Source of the DNA: Octopus sinensis
Taxonomy: Eukaryota
Assembly: GCF_006345805.1 (NCBI RefSeq)
Contig: NC_043000.1
Location: forward strand, 80,166,001 to 80,230,000
DNA: 64,000 nucleotides
Direction of reading: 5' to 3'
Positions 26,345-38,436 of the stretch are shown here, piece by piece. How positions within the stretch are numbered: position 1 is the stretch's first letter; each line of letters starts with the position of its first letter. The translations under genes were made by a program, and so were the position numbers. The notes beneath the pieces were generated by a model. It saw only the letters and a list, made by a program, of their open reading frames with translations, was not told the origin of the DNA and did not search any database.

Positions 26345-26575
26345 GAGGCGCAATGGCCTAGTGGTTAGGGCAGGCGGACTCGCGGTCGCAGGATCGCGTT
26401 TCGATTCTCAGACCGGGCGTTTGTGTGTGTTTATTGAGCGAAAACACCTAAAAGCTCTACGAGGCTCCGGCAGGGGGTGGTGATCCCTGCTGTACTCTTT
26501 CACCACAATGGCGGTGCCCCAGCATGGCCACAGCTCAAGAGCTGAAACTGGAAAAACAAAAACAAAAACAAAAAA
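26342..26575 (+). mobile_element. tRNA-derived SINE family D head with a short tail
   Basis: A-box TGGCCTAGTGG, B-box-like GTTTCGATTCT, tail GGCGGTGCCCCAGCATGGCCACAG and an A-rich end. Confidence 0.7.
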
Positions 26576-26592
26576 ATATATATATATATATA

Positions 26593-27005
26593 GGCGCAGG
26601 AGTGGCTGTGTGGTAAGTAGCTTGTTTACCAGCCACATGGTTCCGGGTTCAGTCCCACTGCGTGGCACCTTGGGCAAATGTTTTCTACTATAGCCTCGGG
26701 CCGACCAAAGCCTTGTGAGTGGATTTGGTAGACGGAAACTGAAAGAAGCCCGTCGTATATATGTATATATATATATGTGTATGTGCGTGTATGTTTGTGT
26801 GTCTGTGTTTGTTCCCCTAGCATTGCTTGACAACCGATGCTGGTGTGTTTATGTTCCCGTCACTTAGCGGTTCGGCAAAAGAGACCGATAGAATAAGTAC
26901 TGGACTTACAAAGAATAAGTCCTGGGATCGAGTTGCTCGATTAAAGGCGGTGCTCCAGCATGGCCACAGTCAAATGACTGAAACAAGTAAAAGAGTAAAA
27001 GAGTA
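26593..27005 (+). mobile_element. tRNA-derived SINE family A, young full-length copy
   Basis: GGCGCAGGAGTGGCTGTGTGG head, GGGTTCAGTCCC B-box, internal (TA/TG)n, (AAAAGAGT)n tail. Other copies at about 29683-30075(-), 34438-34660(+), 49710-50110(-), 54470-54790(+), 54945-55100(-) and 57097-57240(+). Confidence 0.9.
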
Positions 27006-27209
27006 ATATGTTAATAAAATAGAACATATGCATATATATAAACATATATGTACGTACCTACCTCTACATGTACATATACACGCATATATGTGTACAGGAC
27101 ACCAAAAAGACGTCGAACACATAGAGAGACGAAAAACATAGACACAAACCAAGGAACAGGACAAGCAAAAAAGAAAAAAAGAGATACAGGACAATAAGCA
27201 CAACGAAAA

Positions 27210-27273
27210 ATCCCCTTCTTCAGTCGCTAAGGTTTCATCTACTCTACGTTTCGAAGGATAAAAGCGAGACGTA
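27210..27273 (-). ncRNA. Non-circularly permuted (pseudoknotted) hammerhead ribozyme candidate
   Basis: Minus strand: TACG-TC^TCGCT-TTT-ATCCTTC-GAAA-CGTA-16 nt-AGCGA-CTGAAGA-AGGGGAT; all three helices pair. Confidence 0.7.
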
Positions 27274-28081
27274 TACTTTGAAGAAACTTCCTTCCTGCGA
27301 AAAGCAAATCAATTAAAATTCTGAGATCTTTTCGCAGAGGGGTAAAAAATGGTAAAAAAAGCAAGACGGTAACGACAGTACAAACATATAAACAGTAAAA
27401 AAAAAAATTTATATAAACAGTTGAAAAATAAATATATAACAGTGAGAGACAGGACAAGGAGAACAAGATAAGAAGGGCTGTTTACGCCAGACGAAAAAAG
27501 TAATGCAAACGCTGGATTATAGTGGACGACGAGAGAGAAAGAATGTCGACCAGTGGCCTTAGAAGGCAGGCGAGAAAAGACAGGATAGCAGTTACGACGG
27601 AAGTATCGTCGCAGATGGACGACGGGAATGGGGGAGGAGGAGCAAGAGGAAGAGAAAGATGAAGGGGAATGGTGTGAGGAGACCATGAAGAATGGTGAGG
27701 GGGAGAGAGAGAAAGAAGAATGAGAGAGAGAGGAAGAGACAAGTTAAGTGAGGGAAAAAGGACGAAAAAGGGAATGGGAGAGAAAGAAAGAAAGATGCGA
27801 GTCGCGTGAGAGTTAATATCAAGGCTAACTTGATAAACAGAACAATCTTACTAATAGTGTGCGTGCGTTTAGTCGTATAATGTTAATAAAATAGAACATA
27901 TGCATATATATAAACATATATGTACGTACCTACCTCTACATGTACATATACACGCATATATGTGTACAGGACACCAAAAAGACGTCGAACACATAGAGAG
28001 ACGAAAAACATAGACACAAACCAAGGAACAGGACAAGCAAAAAAGAAAAAAAGAGATACAGGACAATAAGCACAACGAAAA

Positions 28082-28144
28082 ATCCCCTTCTTCATCGCTA
28101 AGGTTTCATCTACTCTACGTTTCGAAGGATAAAAGCGAGACGTA
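28082..28144 (-). ncRNA. Second copy of the rearranged hammerhead, lacking C3
   Basis: Identical except AGCGA-TGAAGA (one base missing). Confidence 0.55.
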
Positions 28145-28400
28145 TACTTCGAAGAAACTTCCTTCCTGCGAAAAGCAAATCAATTAAAATTCTGAGATCT
28201 TTTCGCAGAGGGGTAAAAAATGGTAAAAAAAGCAAGACGGTAACGACAGTACAAACATATAAACAGTAAAAAAAAATTATATATAAACAGTTGAAAAATA
28301 AATATATAACAGTGAGAGACAGGACAAGGAGAACAAGATAAGAAGGGCTGTTTACGCCAGACGAAAAAAGTAATGCAAACGCTGGATTATAGTGGACGAC

Positions 28401-28433
<33 letters not shown>

Positions 28434-30329
28434 TGTGTGTATATCTGCATATGTATATGTGTGTGCATATTGTCATGCACATGCACACACTCATACACAG
28501 AGACACAATCACACTAAATGTCTAGAAAGGCTTGGAATATGAAATTACAGTTGAGGCAGGTACAATTATGGAAGGGTTAATATATTTAAAATATATATTT
28601 ACCAGATAATTATATAGTTAAGTTTCTTATAACCAGATTTTGGAAGTATAAAGAAAGAGGGAGAGAGACAGACAGATGTATAGACAGAAAAATAGAGAGT
28701 GAGAAAGAAAGAGAGAGAGAGACAAACAAACACAAAGAGGGAGAGAGAAAAGGAGAAACATCACATATTTTCTAGCTCTATAATAATGTTATCCTTACAA
28801 AACAATGTATAGAAAGGTTGGGAGATATATGCCATGGCACCGCCAATATTTAGCAGAATCAGTAAATAAAAAGAAGGCAAGCAAAAAATAAATAAAAATG
28901 TTTCTCTACTGCAGAAAGAAACAAAAAAGAAAAAGGAACATTTTTCAGAAGTGAATTATCTAAAGTAAAAGTTTAAAAAAAATAAAAATATATAAATAAA
29001 ATGACAACATAAAAACATCACTGAAACAAAAAAAATTCCAGATCAATCAATGTGTGGAAACAGTTGTAAATCTTCCAAATTAAATTACATATTGTAGAGA
29101 GTGGTGGAATGAAGTCCACCCCAACCACCATCTCCTTCAGCTATGTTCTGTCAATAAACCATTTGTCTGTCGATGTCAACAATAATCTGTGAAACACAGA
29201 TACTAACACATACATGGGATAATGCTGTAATTACATTCCCACATCTTCTGAATGAGGAGGTGGGACTGGGGTAGAGGCTGGGGACAAATTTCTTTAGAGT
29301 TGGTTCCTATATTTGCAACTGCAACATTGCAGGCTTCTCTTACTCTCCCTCTTGTTCCATGAGTTTTGGATTTCTTTCTGTTTGCTTCACAGGCATTCAA
29401 ACATATAGATGTCTGAACTAAACATCAGCTACATTAATCTCAGCAAGCTACTAGAAGGACAGTAACTATTTTGAGTACTAGCCCTGATTCTTTTGAATAC
29501 TATCCCTATTTATAACTGTCTGTACAATGATTTCATCTTTTGCATCCTTTCCAGATAACCGGTCTATCATGGTTTGTATGTATATGTATATGTGTGTGAA
29601 TGTGGCAGCATATATACCCCATCACTACCTGCCATACATACATAAATACATACATACATACATACATTCATATATATTCTTTCATTCTTTTACTTGTTTC
29701 AGTCATTTGACTGTAGCCATGCTGGAGCACTGCCTTTAAGGGTATCTTTTTAGTTGAAGAAATCAACCTCAGGGCTTATTCTTTGTAAGCCTAGTACTTA
29801 TTCTACCAGTCTCTGTTGCTGAACTGCTAAGTTACAGGGATGTAAGCACACCAACATCGATCGTCAAGTGATGGTGAGGGTACAAACACACACACACACA
29901 CACACACAAATATACATGACGTGCTTCTTTCAGCTTACATCTACCAAATTCACTCACAAGGCTTTGGTCAGCCTGAAGCTATAGTAGAAGACACTTGTCC
30001 ATGGTGCCATGTAGAGGAATTGAACCTGGAACCATGCAGTGTGGAAGCAAGCTTCTTGCCACACAGCCATGTGCCTATGTAAATGCATATACTTTACTTT
30101 GTATATTTTTTTTATTTGTTTTGCAAAATTTTTGATGTGAATTCATGTTTTGAAGTAAAACTTCCTGTATCTAGTGAGGGTCACTATACCAATAAAAATT
30201 AAGATAAATTCACACGCTGGCTCATTATCACTTCTTCATTTTACCAACTAACCAACCAATGGTTTGTTTAATATGTTGACTGAATAATCCTTTGGTTGTT
30301 AGTTTTCTCTGTCAGTTTCATCAATGAGG

Positions 30330-31645
30330 TTACTCTTAAATGTATGTATGTGCCACCCACCCTGCCGTCACCTGTCTCCCATTTCCCTCACCTACCACCA
30401 CACCACCCTACCTCTCCAATGCACCATTCTCTGAGTCTTTCGGTGACTGCAGTCCGACCCCTCCTCTTCACACATCTTCCCTAACCGACCCCTCCTTCCT
30501 TCAAATGAGCCCACAACCTACAAGACCTCCTGGTCCACAGTTTCTTCCCTAACCCAACCTCCCAACCCAGCTTGCTCCCCTGCTCCTGCCCATGCTACCA
30601 CCCTTGCCCGTACCTTTCCAACACAACCCTCCTCACAGGCACCCATAATCGACTATATCATATCATTGACTCCTTCACCTGTACCTCTAACAATGTCATC
30701 TACTGCATCTCCTGCTCTCTCTGTCCTTCTCTATACATCAGTCGCTGTCCTCTATACATTGGGATGCTGCTTGGCTGACCAGTTCATGGAACACCTCTGA
30801 GACATCAGACTTGGCAACAACACCCTGGTTTCGCGCAATTTCCACTCTACCGGTCATTCTTTACAACACCTATCTGTGTTCAGATTGTTCTTGCACAGGG
30901 GCCATCCGGACTCCCATCTTCGCTGTGAACAGGGATTTATCTGCTCTCTTTGCTCCTTTGAACCACATGGGCTCAACTCTCCTCCCCTCTTCATCTAACC
31001 CTCCTCCTCTCTCACCTACTTCCTCCCACCCACCTCTCCTCTCTTGCTCCGATACCTATTTCCTCTCTTCACTCCTACCCACCTTCTCCCTTCATCGTCA
31101 CCCCCTCCCTCGTTACCCCACCCCTACATCTTCCAACCACACCATTCCTATACATCTCATCCCATCCCACCCCATCCATGCCTCCCCCACACATACACCA
31201 CAACACCACATCACCACACCACACCACACACCATGACACCACACACTACCACACACACACCACACCGCACACACTAGCACTGACCACTTCCCAGCACCCA
31301 CACCATCATCCACACACCTACACATGCACACATGCACATGTCAAGGTTACCAGCCCCCTTTCACATGCACATACACACTCCCATATTCACGAGCACCTTC
31401 ATTTTGGGATCACCACTACTTTATTATCTCCCCTTCTTCCTAGCTCTCCTGTGTGATCCCTCTGTCTGGCATTCACCATGATAGATTGCTAGCCACTAAA
31501 CCTTTTTTATTTTCTCTCCCTGTATATTTCTGTGTTCCTTTCTGTCGAAGAGCATAGGCTCGAAACGTAAAAGACTTTCTCACTTCCTGAGTGCTAAACT
31601 AATACATCTGTTTGTTGTTTACACACCTGTCTTTGTCTTTTGTTT
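30330..31645 (+). mobile_element. PLE 3' remnant (GIY-YIG plus pyrimidine-rich pseudo-LTR)
   Basis: IIDSFTCTSNNVIYCISCSLCPSLYI motif; homologous to 40611-41555. Confidence 0.85.
31538..31573 (+). ncRNA. Hammerhead-like motif with atypical CTGTCGA core
   Basis: CTTT-CTGTCGA-A-GAGC-ATAG-GCTC-GAAA-CG-TA^AAAG; located in the PLE pseudo-LTR. Confidence 0.5.
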
Positions 31646-33093
31646 TTTGGTAAATTCTCACTATATATATATATCATCATCACCATCATCATTTAACATC
31701 CACTTTCCATGCAGGCATAGGTTACTCGGTTTGGCTCAAACTGGTAAGCCAAAGAGTTGCACCAGGTTCCAGTCTTATTTGGCATGGTTTCTACGAATGG
31801 ATGCACTTCCAAATGCCAACCACTCTGAGAGTGCTGTTACATGCTACAAGCATAGGTGCCATTTACATGACATCGGTAATGGCCACAACTACCATTTCAT
31901 AGGTGTCATTTATATGAAACTGGCATGACAAGCACAGCATATTACCAAGGTCTCAGTGACTTGTCATTACCTATGTGAGGCCCAACATTCGAAGATCATG
32001 CTCCACCATCTTTTCCATGCTTGCATGTGTGAAACAAAATTTGTTGAGGTGAATTTTTTACAGCTGGATGACTAATCCTCATGTTTCCAAGACATAAATA
32101 TATATATACATTTAAGAGTGTTTCCATAGAAGATTGGAAATGAACACCACTTGCATAATGGTTACACAACTATTGTGTGATGTAAGACAGTAGTAGACAC
32201 ATACACGTGTGTGTGAGAGTACACATACATATGCACGCACATACACACACACACACACACATACATATATGATGGCTCTCTTTCAGTTTTCATCAATGAA
32301 ATCCACTCACAAGGCTTTCATTGACCCATGTCTGCAGTAGAAAACATTTGGCAAAACTTGCCACACCGTGGGACTGAACCTGAAACTGTGCAGTTGGGAA
32401 GTAAACTTGCTACTATACTGCTATACACACATACACACATGAAAAACCCATGCATAAAAAAACTCACTCACACATGTGCACGAAAAGCTCACATTCATAT
32501 ATATTTATCAATTATCGGATTTTAAATTGCTTTGTTTTCTTCCTTTCTTTTATTACAGCAAACGTACAGAAGTAGACTGTCACTTCTAGCCTTTCACTGT
32601 GATTCAAATCACAAGTTTGTAAATATCTTTTTTTGGTAAATTCATTTCCATATATATATATATATGTATATATCTGAAAATTACAATTGCATTTCTATCA
32701 CATCAATATTTCATTCCTTACAATTGCATCAATACTTCTTTCCTGTATTTATGTTCCTTTGATTATCAGTCTCTTTCTTTCATTATATTTTTCCTTCTTC
32801 AGTCATTCTTGTTCTCAATATGTTTTTCTATTACTTCCATCATTAATTTCTTCTTCCATTTTTCATCTCTACTTCACTCATGTCTTTAAATTCTTCACCT
32901 TTTGAAATAAAATATTTATCAATTCCTCTTCCCCTTCTCCCTCTCTCTCTAGTATACATATCTATATGTGTGTGTGTATGCATGTATGTATGTGTGTGTG
33001 TATATATATATATACATATATATATATATTTCGTTTTTGGATTAAATTATAAGGCACAAAAGAAAATGACTCTCCCCAGACACAACTATATAT

Positions 33094-33136
<43 letters not shown>

Positions 33137-33141
33137 ACATA

Positions 33142-34001
33142 CAGGGTGCGATGGGTAAATTGTTGCTATTTTATATTTTTTATTTTGCGCTTGCACATTG
33201 TTTGGTTTTGATTCTGTTGACTACACAGTATAGTAGAGTCAGTTGGGCACCGTCTGTAAGAAAAACTGCACCATGTCAAATCACTCTGCCAGAAATTTGG
33301 AAATTATATGCTTTACTGCTTGGTATTCACCCTCGAAGTTCCAATATGAACATTTCAGAGTGTTTAGGTCTCAATCTGAGGTCATGTACCAAGAATGATA
33401 AGAAATCAGACATCCAGTCAACATCATGGTGTTTGTAGTGATCACTATTGATGGCGACGTAATGCCTTCATTCATCTTCCAACATGGCCTGATAATCAAA
33501 ACGAAGGCCTACATCAAGTGCTTGGAGGAGGTAGTGCTGCCCTGGGTCAAGAGGGTGGCTGCTGGAAGGCTTTATGTCTGGCAACAGGACTCTGCACCAT
33601 GCCACACAAGCAAGAGAACCCAGTCATGGCTGTCAGACAATTTCTTTGAGCACATCACCCCTAACATCTGGCCACCTAATTCCCCAGACTGCAACTCCTT
33701 TGATTATTATGTGTGGGGTGCAGTTGAGTGGGAAACCAACAAAACACTTTGTAACACCAAAAGTGAAGTGAAAGCAGCATTCACCAACTTAAACAAGGAG
33801 ACAGTCCAGAAGAGTTGTAGGAGATTCTGAAGTTGTCTGGAGACTGTGATTGAAGCCAAAGGCGATTTTATTGAATAAATATACTTTTTAGTATTTCAAG
33901 ATATTTTTATGCAATTTTTGTAAATATATCTATTAAAATGAGATGTCAGTGTTATTTTCCTTTTTGCATTATTCATAGAACAATATATTGACCGCACCTT
34001 G
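33142..34001 (+). mobile_element. maT-family (DD37D) transposon, internally deleted
   Basis: WQQDSAPCH...WPPNSPDCNSFDY has 37 residues between the catalytic Ds (counted). TA-flanked imperfect TIRs CAGGGTGCG / CGCACCTTG. Confidence 0.85.
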
Positions 34002-34659
34002 TACACACACACACACCATTATCATCATCATCATTTAAGATCCATTTTCCATGCTGGCATAGGTTGGATGGTTTGACTGAAGACTGTTAAGCAAATAAGC
34101 AGGACCAGGTTTCAGTCTGATTTGGCATGGTTTCTACAGCTAGATGCCTTTCCTGACACCAACCACACCAAGAGTGTAGTGGGTGCTTTTTACATGCCGC
34201 CAGCACAGGTGCCGGTAAACACATACACACACAACAAACACTCCCTGATCCAAAACCATTTAGACCAGAGGGTTGCCAGATAACTGAATTTTCTGGATAT
34301 CTGATCATCAGTTTTTAAATTACCATAACATCATACAAAAGCCATCAAAACTCTGTGTATGCATCAGCATAATTGTTATCATTTCCGGACACAGTAGATA
34401 TAATAGAAATAGAAAGAAATCAAAGTATAATTTAAGAAGTGTGGCTGTGCGGTAAGAAGTGTACATCCCAACCACATGGTTCCAGGTTCAGTGCCACTGT
34501 GTGGCACCATGGACAAGTTTCTTCTATTATAGCCTCAGGCTGCCCAAAGCCTTGTGAGTGGGTTTAGTAGAGGGAAACACACACACACACACATACACAC
34601 ATTAAGGTGATACTCCAGCATGGCCAACAGTCAAATGACTGAAACAAATAAAAGAATAT

Positions 34660-35120
34660 ATGGCCGTTTGCCAGCTCTGTCTGGCCCCGTGTCGGTGGCA
34701 CTTAAAAGCACCATCCGTTCGTGTCCGTTGCCAGCCTTGCCTGGCCCCCGTGCCAGTGACACGTAAAAGCACCGTCCGTTCATGGCCGTTTGCCAGCTCT
34801 GTCTGGCCCCGTGTCAGTGGCACATAAAAGCACCATCCGTTCGTGTCCGTTGCCAGCATCGCCTGGCCCCGTGCCGGTGACACGTAAAAGCACCATCCGT
34901 TCGTGGCCGTTTGCCAGCTCTGTCTGGCACCTGTGCAGGTGGCACGTAAAAAATACCCACTACACTCATGGAGTGGTTGGTGTTAGGAAGGGCATCCAGC
35001 CGTAGAAACACTGCCAGATCTGACTGGGCCTGACAAAGCCTTCCAGCTTCACAGACCCCAGTTGAATCATCCAACCCATGCTAGCATGGAAAGCGGATGC
35101 TAAATGATGATGATGATGAT
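34660..35120 (+). mobile_element. SINE family C with internal 60-62-bp tandem repeats
   Basis: Five units in alternating order A-B-A-B-A, then the conserved body and a (GAT)n tail. Confidence 0.85.
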
Positions 35121-35221
35121 ATGTATATAATAATAATAATATTAGGGAGTATAACTCCAAACTTACAGGGAAAAATTCAATTTAGTATTAAATCAAATTT
35201 CACAATATAAATATATATGTG

Positions 35222-35489
35222 TAAATTAGAGGAAAACCACTATTATGTAATTCAAACAATGATAGACGTAAACCAAATCATAAAGAAAAAATAAAATATA
35301 TTATAAAACATATAACTAGATCACAAAAAGTACAAAATAATGAATAAACATTACATTACTTATTATATAATCTCTATTCATTATTTTGTACTTTTTGTGA
35401 TCTAGATATGTGTTTTGTAATATATTATATTTTTTCTATATGATATGGTTTATTCATTGTTTGAATTACATGTTAGTGGTTTTTCTCTA

Positions 35490-35494
<5 letters not shown>
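35222..35494. repeat. Diverged inverted repeat (35222-35346 / 35375-35494)
   Basis: Arms are reverse-complementary (e.g. GATCACAAAAAGTACAAAATAATGAATA / TATTCATTATTTTGTACTTTTTGTGATC). Confidence 0.8.
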
Positions 35495-35525
<31 letters not shown>

Positions 35526-35527
<2 letters not shown>

Positions 35528-35932
35528 TTTTCTTTTTCTCTCTTTTTACTTGTTTCAGTCATTTTGACTGTGGCCATACTGGAGTACCGCCTTTAGTCGA
35601 GCAAATCGACCCCGGGACTTATTCTTTGTAAGCCCAGTACTTATTCTATCGGTCCCTTTTGCCGAACCGCTAAGTGACGGAGACATAAACACACCAGCAT
35701 CGGTTGTCAAGCAATGCTAGGGGGACAAACACACACACAAACATACACGCACATACATATATATACATATATACAACGGGCTTCTTTCAGTTTCTGTCTA
35801 CCAAATCCACTCACAAGGCTTTGGTCGGCCCGAGACTATAGTAGAAGACACTTGCCCAAGGTGCCACGCAGTGGGACTGAACCCGGAACCATGTGGTTGG
35901 TAAACAAGCTACTTACCACATGGCCACTCCTG
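35526..35932 (-). mobile_element. SINE family A, young full-length copy
   Basis: High reverse-complement identity to 26593-27005. Confidence 0.9.
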
Positions 35933-35972
<40 letters not shown>

Positions 35973-36262
35973 TGCATTCACATACACTCACGCACAGAGT
36001 TATGTGTGTAGTGTGTTTGTGACTGAGAGTTTTCTTGTTTTGACATCACAGGATATTTGCAAGCAAGTGCCACTGACACACAGGCAGTGTTATCTGTTTC
36101 TAGCTTTTCATGGAAACATATCCAGTCAACGAAAATATTACATTATTTTGGAAACAGGAGATGATTGGTACAGGAAGGGCATCCAACCACAGAAAACCAA
36201 CATCAACAGAATTTAACAGCATGGAAAATGCATGGTAAAATAATGCAGCTGCTGCTGGTTTC

Positions 36263-36331
<69 letters not shown>

Positions 36332-36361
36332 TATATATATATGTGTGTGTATATATATATA

Positions 36362-37245
36362 TATAATATGTTACATTACTCGATAGTCAAGATAAAACTC
36401 TGAGTTTCAGATGCCAAAGTGGGAATCCACGACATCTCTTCGGTTATCTGGCTATGAAAAAATACCGTTATACAAACGGAAATTACTGTGTTATAACTCT
36501 GCTTGCCTGCGTACTTATACATCGCTCGCATTTTTCGCCATAAAAATTATATAAAAATACATAAAAAATATATAAAATCTTCTTGGGACATAACATAGAA
36601 AGCATGTTCTATCTGTTTTCTTTAGGGGACCAAAAACGGAACAGAAATTTAGTCACATGTGGGCATGATCCGAAAAGTTCTGTCCTTGTGTTTAGACATG
36701 TAGTAGGGTCTAAGCTGCTTTTCCAGATAAGCCATCTCTCCATGTCGCATAGACCGCACCTTCCGCTGCCGTTGGTATAGGGCTTACATCTGGCCAAAAT
36801 CTTCCAATGTATGTTATAATCGACACCTTTGTCTCTTAAAGACCAAATATGATTAGATAATTGTGTCGCTTTTCTTTTGTTCCAATGCCTAAAGCTCAAA
36901 GTGTGGTTATTGAATCTGGCCTTGAAGTTACCCTCTGTAAGGCCCACATATTTCTTCGTTGAAACGGTGTCTTTAGTGGTTATAGAGTTTATGGTAGCTT
37001 CATGTATGATGGTCTTGGACATGCAAGCTCCATTTAGCAGGCACAATTCTTTATTCCTGCATGAACAGCTGTTTTCTTGTTGTGCTTTTTGTATGTTATG
37101 TTTGATTATGTTTTTAAAATTGGTAGTGGAACTAAAACTAATTTTTAAATTAGTAATGTAACATATTATTGTATAGATAAATTTCCTCTATTTACATAAT
37201 ATTGAGGTCTCTTTCTTTCTTTTGTTATCTTACCGTTTTACCAAT
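36362..37245 (-). mobile_element. Penelope-like element 3' fragment (GIY-YIG ORF 36609-37046 plus pseudo-LTR) inserted in (TA)n
   Basis: KYVGLTEGNFKARFNNH...WKILARCKPY...RCGLC...CLNTRTELFGSCPH; hammerhead downstream. Confidence 0.9.
36390..36449 (-). ncRNA. Type I hammerhead, U4C core (CCGAAGA)
   Basis: AGATAA-CCGAAGA-GATGTC..GGCATC-T-GAAA-CTCAGAG-TT^TTATCT; perfect 6-bp stem I. Confidence 0.65.
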
Positions 37246-37442
37246 ATATATATATATATATATATTATATAAAAGGGCTTAGTAAAATAAATTACTTTGC
37301 CGCATACTGAACTCGTTAGAAATAGCAGCTAAAAAAACTATTTCTAACACTTAAAGAAAACCTCTCTCATATAGTGTTTGTTCAATTCAACTCAAGAAAG
37401 TATGAGGGTAGAGACATTAAAAAATCAAATGCAAAGGTTATT

Positions 37443-37493
37443 TGAGTACGTACGTTCAAGATTAGCCAAAATCGACCTTCTCTCATCAGCTCA
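37443..37493 (-). ncRNA. Hammerhead copy missing one A of GAAA
   Basis: Reads GAAC-GTACGTA; otherwise as 38384-38436 apart from minor stem II differences. Confidence 0.55.
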
Positions 37494-37992
37494 GAATGCC
37501 CTTGTTTGAATTTGAAAACACTGAAAATGGGAGCATACCCTTTCGGCTTGTTATCGCTTCTGAAGATCTGTTCCAAACTAACAGTGCCAACAAACTCAAA
37601 TATGCAAGACAAAAATTTCTGCTCTCCCCTTTCCACCAGCGTGGGTTAAAATCAGCAAACACTATGCTTTTTTCGGTAAAATCCGAGACAATTAAGTAGA
37701 GAGAGATGAATTATAATTTCAACAATTGAGGGTAAAATTAATTAATTAATTAATCAATTTCACCAAGTATTCAGTATACAAAGGGACCATTTAAGGCAAA
37801 TTCAAATTATTACATTATATAAAAGGGCTTAGTAAAATAAATTACTTTGCTGCATACTGAACTCGTTAGAAATAGCAGCTAAAAAAACTATTTCTAACAC
37901 TTAAAGAAAACCTCTCTCATATAGTGTTTGTTCAATTCAACTCAAGAAAGTATGAGGGTAGAGACATTAAAAAATCAAATGCAAAGGTTATT

Positions 37993-38045
37993 TGAGTACG
38001 TACGTTTCAAGATTAGCCAAAATCGACCCTTCTCTCATCAGCTCA
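37993..38045 (-). ncRNA. Type I hammerhead, intact
   Basis: TGAG-CTGATGA-GAGA..TCTT-GAAA-CGTACG-TA^CTCA. Confidence 0.8.
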
Positions 38046-38383
38046 GAATGCCCTTTTATATAATGTAATAATTTGAATTTGCCTTAAATGGTCCCTTTGT
38101 ATACTGAATACTTGGTGAAATTGATTAATTAATTAATTAATTTTACCCTCAATTGTTGAAATTATAATTCATCTCTCTCTACTTAATTGTCTCGGATTTT
38201 ACCGAAAAAAGCATAGTGTTTGCTGATTTTAACCCACGCTGGTGGAAAGGGGAGAGCAGAAATTTTTGTCTTGCATATTGAGTTTGTTGGCACTGTTAGT
38301 TTGGAACAGATCTTCAGAAGCGATAACAAGCCGAAAGGGTATGCTCCCATTTTCAGTGTTTTCAAATTCAAACAAGGGCATTC

Positions 38384-38436
38384 TGAGCTGATGAGAGAAG
38401 GGTCAATTTTGGCTAATCTTGAAACGTACGTACTCA
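38384..38436 (+). ncRNA. Type I hammerhead, intact
   Basis: TGAG-CTGATGA-GAGA-AGG-GTCAA-TT-TTGGC-TAA-TCTT-GAAA-C-GTAC-G-TA^CTCA; perfect palindrome ACGTACGT. Confidence 0.85.

Larger units (their letters stand above)
27009..28407 (-). mobile_element. Tandem repeat of an about 871-bp monomer (1.6 copies), PLE pseudo-LTR-like, with one rearranged hammerhead per monomer
   Basis: 27009-27537 recurs at 27881-28407. The strand is assigned from the ribozyme orientation. Confidence 0.75.

Noticed and set aside
26342-26420. tRNA gene
   Set aside because: A and B boxes are present, but no complete cloverleaf or terminator; it continues into a SINE body.
29203-29420. Minus-strand ORF NACEANRKK...IIPCMC
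   Set aside because: No motif, homology or clear splice sites.
34660-34960. 61-bp repeats here and at 63020-63360 as a CRISPR-like array or repeat protein
   Set aside because: No unique spacers, eukaryotic context, and the units are embedded in a SINE body.
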